Positions 6,175-12,690 of a stretch of DNA of 12,690 nucleotides are shown here, in pieces (the first letter of the stretch is position 1; each line of letters opens with the position of its first letter). Made by a program: the position numbers and the translations under genes. Source of the DNA: Cyanobacteria bacterium J06626_4 (GTDB lineage: Bacteria > Cyanobacteriota > Cyanobacteriia > Phormidesmidales > Phormidesmidaceae); contig JBCBJQ010000143.1 in the NCBI GenBank assembly GCA_038523235.1, positions 1-12,690 on the forward strand, read 5' to 3'. A model generated the notes under the pieces. The model saw only the letters and a list, made by a program, of their open reading frames with translations. It did not search any database and was not told the DNA's origin.

Positions 6175-9100
6175 ATGTTGGACTGTGACTGTGGTCAACC
6201 GACTTTGGATGCGGCGAATGGACTTGACAGTGATGGTTTGAGCTTAGCCACGGCTGAGACTGCGTTGGGTCTCGTATCCTCGGAAGCGCCTCAGTCGACC
6301 GCACTCGGAGGTGTTGCCCCGCTGCAACTCAGTCCTGCGCCCACCTTGCTGTTGTCTGCAGAGAGTGCTGTCCAGGCTGAGGGGGCGTTAGATGCTGAAA
6401 CCCAGAGCGTTCCTAATGCGATCGCCCAGACAGACAATCTGACTGGCTTAGCCGAAACTAACAGCTCCTTAGTCGGGGCGCTGCCTGGCCTTCCCGGCAT
6501 CGGTTGTATCGTTCGCATACCGGATCTCACGATCGCTCCTGATGCCGAACTGCAGAGCAACCCAGACGGGACGGTCACAGTGAGTTGGGCAGTGACCAAC
6601 CTCAGCGGAGGTAATAGTTGCGCCGATGTCGCGGCGAACAGTTTTTTTAATCGCTTTTGGCTCTCGTCGGATGAAGTTTTAGATGTCACGAGCGATACAC
6701 CGATCGCCGCTGATAGCGCCCCCCCGGGCACCACCATCGATGATGATTACTACCGCAATCAGGTGGCGATCGCGGTGGATGAGACTTCGGCGGTGCGGGA
6801 AGAAACCTTCTCAATCAGTAGCGACGAACCGTACTTAATTCTGTCGGTGAATCAGCCGCAAGGGATTGGTGAAACCGACTTCACCAACAATGTGGTGGTG
6901 TTTGATTTGCAAGCGCTGGGAAACACGCCAATTGAGGCCACGCCGGTGGATAACACCGGTTATAACCAGGACACCAACTGTGCGCCAGAGCATGATGTCT
7001 CGGTTAACTCCAACGTGGAGACCCATTCCGGGGCGTTGATCGAGACCCACACCCTAGCGGCCTATCAGTCCCAGGGGATGGATCGCGCCCTGACGTTGCA
7101 CTACGACTCCACGACGGCTGATGTGCAGCCCATCGTGCATTTTGCCTATGAAAACGTGGAGGATGCGCCGGGGGCGCAGTTGCTGATCGCCAGGCTGAGC
7201 CTCCAGGTAGGCGACGCGATGATCGCGGTGCCGGGCTACACTGGCGACCAGTTTGGTCTGAGTGGCGGCGAACACTTTTGGACCGTGCCAGATCAAGACA
7301 ATGCGGTGGTGCAGGGAGCACTTCAGGCGGATCTAAGCGATCAGGCCTCCGGCGTCTACACTTACCAGGTGGAGCGTGATATTCAAACCTTTGATGCAGC
7401 GGCCACCTTTGACCCGTTGCGGCATACGACGACGGGCACGGTGACGGTGGTCAACCGCACCGACAGTCCCTTTGGCCACGGCTGGAGCCTGGCGGGGTGG
7501 CAGGAAATCGTCGTCAATGATGACGAGTCGGTGCTGCTCCTGAACGGCGATGGTACCCATCAAATTTTTCAGCCGCCGACCGAGGCCGGCGGTGCTTACG
7601 TCTCACAGTCGGGCGACTATTCTCGCCTGGAGCGACTGGCTGACGGCACGTTTCAGCGCACGCTGAGGGACCAGACGGTAACGACCTTTAACGCGCAGAA
7701 TCAGTTGACGACGGTGACCGATCGCAATGGCAACACCCTCACTTACGGTTATGACGCGGTAGGTCAACTGGCGACGATGCGCGATGCGGTCGGACTCGAA
7801 ACGACCTTTACCTACACCGAGGGTCGCATCACAACGATTACGGACCCCGCCGGTCGGGAAACGGTGCTCGCCTATGATGCCGCGGGTAATTTGCAAAGCA
7901 TCACTGACCCCGATGAGGCCGTGCGCACCTGGGAATATGACGACCAGTCGCGGATGACGGCAGAGATTGATCAGCGAGGTAATCGAGAAACGACGCAATA
8001 CGATGCCTTTGGCCGGGTCGAAAGCTCGACGCGGCGGGATGACACCGTGATTGAGATCGACCCGGTGCAGGTGCAGGGGCTGGCGTTGCCGACACAAACC
8101 ATTGACCCCAATACGGCTCCAGTGGCGTTGACGCCGACTGCCGCCGACCTCGCGACGCCGACTGCGACCTACACCGATGGTCGGGGCAATGCCACCGTCT
8201 TCACGCTGAATCAGGCGGGCAATTTGCTGACTCAAACCGACGCCGTGGGCAATGTGGTCACGTTTGAGCGCGACTGTGATTGTGGAGAAGTGTCGGCGAT
8301 CGTGGATGGCACCGGCGATCGCACCACGATTACCTACGATGAGCAGGGCAACCCCAGCCTGATTGTGGATAGCATTTCTGGGGCGGCGGGCTTACAGCAG
8401 GTGTTTGACCCGCAATTTAATCAACTGATTCAAGTCACCGATGAGCTAGGCCGCCAGACGCTGCATGAGCTAGATGCCAGCGGCAATATCGAGGAAATTC
8501 GGCAAGTCGTCGGCGAAGTGGGCGGGGCCGATGACCGGGTCACGACGATGACGTATCTGAGTGACGGCCTGGTGGATACGGTGACCGACCCGCTGGGACG
8601 AGTCACTGATTTTGACTATGACGCACGCGGGCAGGTCACCACGATTACCTACGCCCAAGGCACCGCCGACGAAGCGGTAGAACGCTACGAGTATGACAGT
8701 GCGGGCAACCAAAGTGCCTTTATCGATGCGCGGAACAACCGCACCACCTTTGAGTACGATGGGCGCAATCGCCTGATGGCAATGGTGGAAGCCGACCCGG
8801 ATGGCGAGGGACCGCTGACGACGACCACCACCCAATATTTCTATGATGCGGCGGGGAACCTGTTGCGGCGCGTGGATGGCCGGGCGCATGAGACGCTGTA
8901 TGCCTATGACACGATGAATCGCCTGGAGCGGATCACCGAGGCTGACCCGGATGGTGAGGGACCCCTCAACTCCCCAATCACCACCTTTGGCTACGATGCT
9001 GATGGCAACCTGACGACGCTCACCGACGAGCGGGGCAATGTCACGAGCTATGCCTACGATGCCCGCGATCGCCAAACCCAAATCACCGAAGCCGACCCCG

Positions 9101-12100
9101 ATGGTGAGGCAGGGCCACTGGCCGCCCCGGTCACCACCTTGGACTACGACCTCGACAACAACCTCATTGAGCTGACCAATGCGCGCGGCCAGGTCACCCG
9201 CTATGACTACGACGCTCGCAATCGCCTAGAGCGCACGACTTCTGTCGATCCGGATGGTGAGGGCGCTTTGCCGCCGCTGGTAACGGCATATGACTACAAC
9301 GCCGTGGATTTGCTCACCCAGCTCACCCGCCCCGGCGAGCGGACCACGACCTATCAATATGACGAGCTGAACCAGCTGGAGCAGCTCACCGAGCCCGACC
9401 CGGATGGGGCGGGGGCGCTCACCCCGCCCATCACGCAGTATGCCTATGACCTGGCGGGCAACCAGACGCAAATGACCGATGCTCTGGGGCGGGTGACGAC
9501 GATGCAGTACGATGACCGCAACCGGCTGACCCAAATCACCGACCCCGACCCGGATGGCGCGGGCGACCTCGCTGCCCCCATCACGGGCTACACCTATGAC
9601 GCCACGAATAACCAAACCTCGATCATTGACCCGCTGGGCCGCACCACCACCTTTGAGTACGACGGGCGCAATCGGCTGAGTCAAATCACTGACCCTGACC
9701 CCGATGGGGCGGGCGAGCAAATCGCGCCGCTGATCCGCTACAGCTATGACGCGGTGAGTAACTTGACGGCCACCAGCAATGCCCTGGGCCACACCACGGA
9801 GTATCAGTACGATGCCCTCAACCGGCAGATTGCCGTCATTGACCCGCTGAATCAGGCCACCCAGTATGGCTACGATGCGGTGGATAATTTGCTCTCCGTC
9901 ACCGATCCGCTGACCAACCAGACGAGCTACGCCTACGACGGGCTCAACCGCCTCAGCCAGGAGACCAACGCCCTGGGCTTCAGCCGCACCTACGGCTACG
10001 ACGCGATGGATAATCTGACGCAGGCGACTGACCGCAACGGCCAAACCCGAGAGTTTACCTACGACACTCTGGACCGCCGCATTGGCGAACAGTGGCTGGA
10101 TGCCGCCGAGACCGTCCAGCGCAGCTTTACCTACGGCTTTGATGCCCTGGGGCGCATGACTCAGGTGCAAGACAGTGACGCGGCGGGCACCGTGCTGAAC
10201 AGCAACACCTACAGCTTTGATGCCCTCGACCGACTGACCGCTGAAACCGTGACCACGGCCCCGGCGGTACCGGCAGTCACCTTTAACCACGCCTACGACG
10301 CGGTGGATAACCGCACCCAGACCACCGACACCATCGCCGGTATCCTCAGCGGCATCACCGACTACACCTACGATGCCTTAGACCGCATGACCCAGGTGCA
10401 GCAGGGCGGCACGGGCATTCAGCCCAAGCGGGTCGAGATGGGCTACAACGTCGCCAGTGAGTTGACCGCCCTCTCGCGCTTTGCGGGAGCCGATGGCACG
10501 ACGCCGGTGGCAACTACCAGCTACAGCTACGACGGCACGGGGCGGCTGGCGCAGCTCACCCACGCCACGGCGACTGCCCCCATTGCGGACTATCAGTTCA
10601 GCTATGATGCAGCGAATCGCCTCACGACTTTCGTTGCGCCCGACGACACCGCCACCTACACCTATGATGACCGCGACCAGTTGACTGGGGCCGACTATAC
10701 AGGCCAGAGCAATGAGGCTTATACCTACGATGCCAACGGCAACCGCACCAATGCGGGTTATCAAACGACCCCCAACAACCAGCTCGCCAGCGATGGGGTG
10801 TTCACTTACGAATACGACAACGAAGGGAATCGTATTCGCCGCACCCGCCTCAGTGATGGGGCGGTGACCACTTACGAATGGGATCAGCGCCAGCGCCTGG
10901 TAGCGGTGACGGAAGGCGATGGCACCACGGCCACGCAGCGCGTGACCTACACCTACGATGCCTTTGATCGTCGTCTCAGTCAGTCGGTGGACGCCGATGG
11001 CGACGGCCCTGCCGGGGCGACGACGGAGCATTTTGTTTATGACGGCGACCATATTGCCTTAGTGTTTGACGAGGCGGGCACGCAGACCCATCGCTATCTG
11101 CACGGGCCGAACATTGACCAAATCCTGGCGGAGGAGACGGCAGACGGCGCGGTGCATTGGGCACTCACCGACCATCAGGGTAGTGTGCGGGACGTCATCG
11201 ACAACAGCGGCAATATTCTCAACCGCATCGTTTATGACAGCTTTGGGCAGGTGACCAGTGAGACCAATCCTGACTTCAACTTCCGTTTTGGCTACACCGG
11301 CAGAGAGCGGGATGAAGCGACGGGGTTGATGTACTACCGGGCGCGGTACTACGACCCCGCTGTAGGGCGGTTCCTCTCGGAAGACCAGATCGGGTTTGAT
11401 GCGGGCGATGCCAACCTCTATCGTTACGTTTTCAATAGTCCAACTAACTACACTGATCCCACGGGGGAAGCCGTCGCGTTAGGTGCTGCCGCCGGGATCG
11501 CATTGCCTGTTGTTCTGATCGGGGCAGGGCTTATCCTCCTGAACAACCAACTGCAACCCGAGGAGGACCGCTTAACTATTGATGATCTTGGAGATGCCGC
11601 TCAATGGTGTTGGGAAACTGTCACTGGGGGCTACGATCCTGACCTCGACCCCAATCGCCCTAATCGGGATGTGCCGGTAGAGCCTGCGACCTACCCAGGG
11701 GAAATCTTGCAGGTGCCGCCTGTGAATCCAGAAGATTTCATCCCTGGTGGCTTTGGAGAAGATTCTCAGCCGGAGGTTTTTGGCCCAACACCAGGTATCG
11801 ATTCTAGACCTGACGGTCTTGATAAGCCTTGGTTTGATATTGAGGAAAATACAAATCTAGGCGTTCCTGGTATAGATGAACTTTTCCAAAATGACCAAGT
11901 TCCCAATGCTAGCGAAGTTAGAGAACTTGCAGAAAGTCAAGGTTGGACAAGAGTTCAAAGTCCAACCGGACCAGAGAAATACATTGACGAAAGTGGTGTA
12001 ACGAGAGTAACAATTAAAAGGGGTAGTCAAAGGACACCCGGAAGCGAAGGTCCGCACGTCGAATTACGCAATCCATCGGGCCAAAGAGTAGATCCGTTTG

Positions 12101-12159
12101 GAAATCCCGTTACGAGGAAGTCGCCTCGTAATCATTCTCCTATCAACTACGATTTATAA
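6175..12159 (+). CDS. Rhs/YD-repeat polymorphic toxin (~1994 aa): low-complexity N-terminus, CARDB-like domain, plug region, YD shell, RHS-associated core, C-terminal toxin domain
   Basis: Dozens of YDxxG[NR]L repeats. Core motif FGYTGRERDEATGLMYYRARYYDPAVGRFLSED...NLYRYVFNSPTNYTDPTGE with DPxG at 11455-11466, then 229 further residues. CARDB-like PDL...VTVSWAVTN...FWLSSDEVLD...ETDFTNN at 6520-6903. Confidence 0.95.
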   Translation: MLDCDCGQPTLDAANGLDSDGLSLATAETALGLVSSEAPQSTALGGVAPLQLSPAPTLLLSAESAVQAEGALDAETQSVPNAIAQTDNLTGLAETNSSLVGALPGLPGIGCIVRIPDLTIAPDAELQSNPDGTVTVSWAVTNLSGGNSCADVAANSFFNRFWLSSDEVLDVTSDTPIAADSAPPGTTIDDDYYRNQVAIAVDETSAVREETFSISSDEPYLILSVNQPQGIGETDFTNNVVVFDLQALGNTPIEATPVDNTGYNQDTNCAPEHDVSVNSNVETHSGALIETHTLAAYQSQGMDRALTLHYDSTTADVQPIVHFAYENVEDAPGAQLLIARLSLQVGDAMIAVPGYTGDQFGLSGGEHFWTVPDQDNAVVQGALQADLSDQASGVYTYQVERDIQTFDAAATFDPLRHTTTGTVTVVNRTDSPFGHGWSLAGWQEIVVNDDESVLLLNGDGTHQIFQPPTEAGGAYVSQSGDYSRLERLADGTFQRTLRDQTVTTFNAQNQLTTVTDRNGNTLTYGYDAVGQLATMRDAVGLETTFTYTEGRITTITDPAGRETVLAYDAAGNLQSITDPDEAVRTWEYDDQSRMTAEIDQRGNRETTQYDAFGRVESSTRRDDTVIEIDPVQVQGLALPTQTIDPNTAPVALTPTAADLATPTATYTDGRGNATVFTLNQAGNLLTQTDAVGNVVTFERDCDCGEVSAIVDGTGDRTTITYDEQGNPSLIVDSISGAAGLQQVFDPQFNQLIQVTDELGRQTLHELDASGNIEEIRQVVGEVGGADDRVTTMTYLSDGLVDTVTDPLGRVTDFDYDARGQVTTITYAQGTADEAVERYEYDSAGNQSAFIDARNNRTTFEYDGRNRLMAMVEADPDGEGPLTTTTTQYFYDAAGNLLRRVDGRAHETLYAYDTMNRLERITEADPDGEGPLNSPITTFGYDADGNLTTLTDERGNVTSYAYDARDRQTQITEADPDGEAGPLAAPVTTLDYDLDNNLIELTNARGQVTRYDYDARNRLERTTSVDPDGEGALPPLVTAYDYNAVDLLTQLTRPGERTTTYQYDELNQLEQLTEPDPDGAGALTPPITQYAYDLAGNQTQMTDALGRVTTMQYDDRNRLTQITDPDPDGAGDLAAPITGYTYDATNNQTSIIDPLGRTTTFEYDGRNRLSQITDPDPDGAGEQIAPLIRYSYDAVSNLTATSNALGHTTEYQYDALNRQIAVIDPLNQATQYGYDAVDNLLSVTDPLTNQTSYAYDGLNRLSQETNALGFSRTYGYDAMDNLTQATDRNGQTREFTYDTLDRRIGEQWLDAAETVQRSFTYGFDALGRMTQVQDSDAAGTVLNSNTYSFDALDRLTAETVTTAPAVPAVTFNHAYDAVDNRTQTTDTIAGILSGITDYTYDALDRMTQVQQGGTGIQPKRVEMGYNVASELTALSRFAGADGTTPVATTSYSYDGTGRLAQLTHATATAPIADYQFSYDAANRLTTFVAPDDTATYTYDDRDQLTGADYTGQSNEAYTYDANGNRTNAGYQTTPNNQLASDGVFTYEYDNEGNRIRRTRLSDGAVTTYEWDQRQRLVAVTEGDGTTATQRVTYTYDAFDRRLSQSVDADGDGPAGATTEHFVYDGDHIALVFDEAGTQTHRYLHGPNIDQILAEETADGAVHWALTDHQGSVRDVIDNSGNILNRIVYDSFGQVTSETNPDFNFRFGYTGRERDEATGLMYYRARYYDPAVGRFLSEDQIGFDAGDANLYRYVFNSPTNYTDPTGEAVALGAAAGIALPVVLIGAGLILLNNQLQPEEDRLTIDDLGDAAQWCWETVTGGYDPDLDPNRPNRDVPVEPATYPGEILQVPPVNPEDFIPGGFGEDSQPEVFGPTPGIDSRPDGLDKPWFDIEENTNLGVPGIDELFQNDQVPNASEVRELAESQGWTRVQSPTGPEKYIDESGVTRVTIKRGSQRTPGSEGPHVELRNPSGQRVDPFGNPVTRKSPRNHSPINYDL
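8794..9780 (+). repeat. Seven tandem ~150-bp (50-aa) intragenic units, each two YD repeats plus a DPDGxG loop
   Basis: DPDG codons begin at 8794, 8944, 9094, 9247, 9397, 9547 and 9697 (spacing 150,150,153,150,150,150). Confidence 0.92.
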
Positions 12160-12173
12160 AGGAGAAAACATAA

Positions 12174-12551
12174 ATGACCCTTCTCAACTACTACCAGCTG
12201 CCAGGATTAGAACAGATTTACCTGGAGGATAGTTATGTTCTTGGCATAGAAGAAAGTGAAAAGCACGTAAAGTTTTTACTGGAGCTTGTTTTGACAGAAA
12301 AACATGCAGCTTATACGGCTCCAAAGCCTGGAGAGCAGTATTGCTACAGAAATGCTTTTTTACACTTCAAAAATGTATCTAAGGCTAATTGGATACATAA
12401 AGAAATGACACCTTCTACAGATGCTGCGGGCGAAATCGACTACGGAAATATCGATACAATGACTTTTGTTGACGGAGTATATCATTTGTCTGGAGATTGG
12501 GGAGAAGTTGAGATAACTTCTTCAAAACCCAAAATTGATTTTATTGATTAA
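12174..12551 (+). CDS. Putative cognate immunity protein of the Rhs toxin (125 aa; family not recognised)
   Basis: Starts 14 nt after the Rhs stop with AGGAG at 12160-12164. Small and acidic, no signal peptide or TM segment. Low GC (21/60 in 12241-12300) like the toxin tip. This is the canonical toxin-immunity position. Confidence 0.8.
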   Translation: MTLLNYYQLPGLEQIYLEDSYVLGIEESEKHVKFLLELVLTEKHAAYTAPKPGEQYCYRNAFLHFKNVSKANWIHKEMTPSTDAAGEIDYGNIDTMTFVDGVYHLSGDWGEVEITSSKPKIDFID

Positions 12552-12576
12552 GCGGAATCGCTCCTCCCTATAGTTA

Positions 12577-12596
12577 GTAGGGTAGCAGTGCCCACC
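12577..12596 (+). repeat. Degenerate GTAG-type REP-like palindrome
   Basis: GTAG followed by GGTAGCA-G-TGCCCACC, an imperfect hairpin with the GTAG foot typical of REP elements. Single copy here. Confidence 0.3.
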
Positions 12597-12690
12597 AGAG
12601 TTGTTTCTGAGATTCGCCGCAGGCGATGCAAATCTCTATCGTTATGTCTTCAATATAGAATATTAGAAAATGAATTTTAAGCCAGTTTAT

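Larger units (their letters stand above)
3000..9072. repeat. HIP1 octamers (GCGATCGC), dispersed; cyanobacterial genome signature
   Basis: Copies found by eye starting at 3000, 3186, 3735, 4127, 4365, 6418, 6766, 8315 and 9065. None seen in 1-2999 or after 9072. Confidence 0.85.

Noticed and set aside
8794..9780. 150-bp periodic repeats as a CRISPR array or DGR template/variable repeats
   Set aside because: They are in-frame protein repeats diverged at synonymous positions. There is no repeat-spacer structure or adenine-specific variation, and no cas or reverse-transcriptase gene in the window.
6291..11052. Long minus-strand ORFs inside the Rhs gene (148, 210, 203, 354, 224 aa and others)
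   Set aside because: Antisense shadows of a GC-rich repetitive gene in which TTA/CTA/TCA codons are rare. The translations show no recognisable motifs.

Overview
Probably cyanobacterial DNA: nine HIP1 octamers (GCGATCGC) were found by eye. Left to right: (1) the 3' end of an upstream gene and a lower-GC, HIP1-free pair encoding an SsuE-type NADPH:FMN reductase and an NtaA/SnaA/DszA-family monooxygenase; (2) a convergent intergenic region with a terminator-like hairpin and a ~175-bp MITE-like element; (3) a minus-strand fused ABC transporter of the ABCD/YddA/Rv1819c type with an acidic low-complexity linker; (4) ~1.75 kb without a convincing gene, holding a probable IS5-family transposase scar, an AT-rich palindromic stretch and a structured leader; (5) a ~2000-aa Rhs/YD polymorphic toxin followed by a low-GC candidate immunity gene. 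The Rhs protein is the most interesting element. It has no PAAR domain or signal peptide that I can see. Its order is CARDB-like Ig domain, teneurin FN-plug-like segment, YD shell with seven 50-aa DPDGxG-loop units, Rhs core with DPxG, hydrophobic helix, Pro/acidic linker, and a ~100-aa two-His toxin tip I cannot assign to a family. All family calls come from motif recognition by eye; no searches were run.
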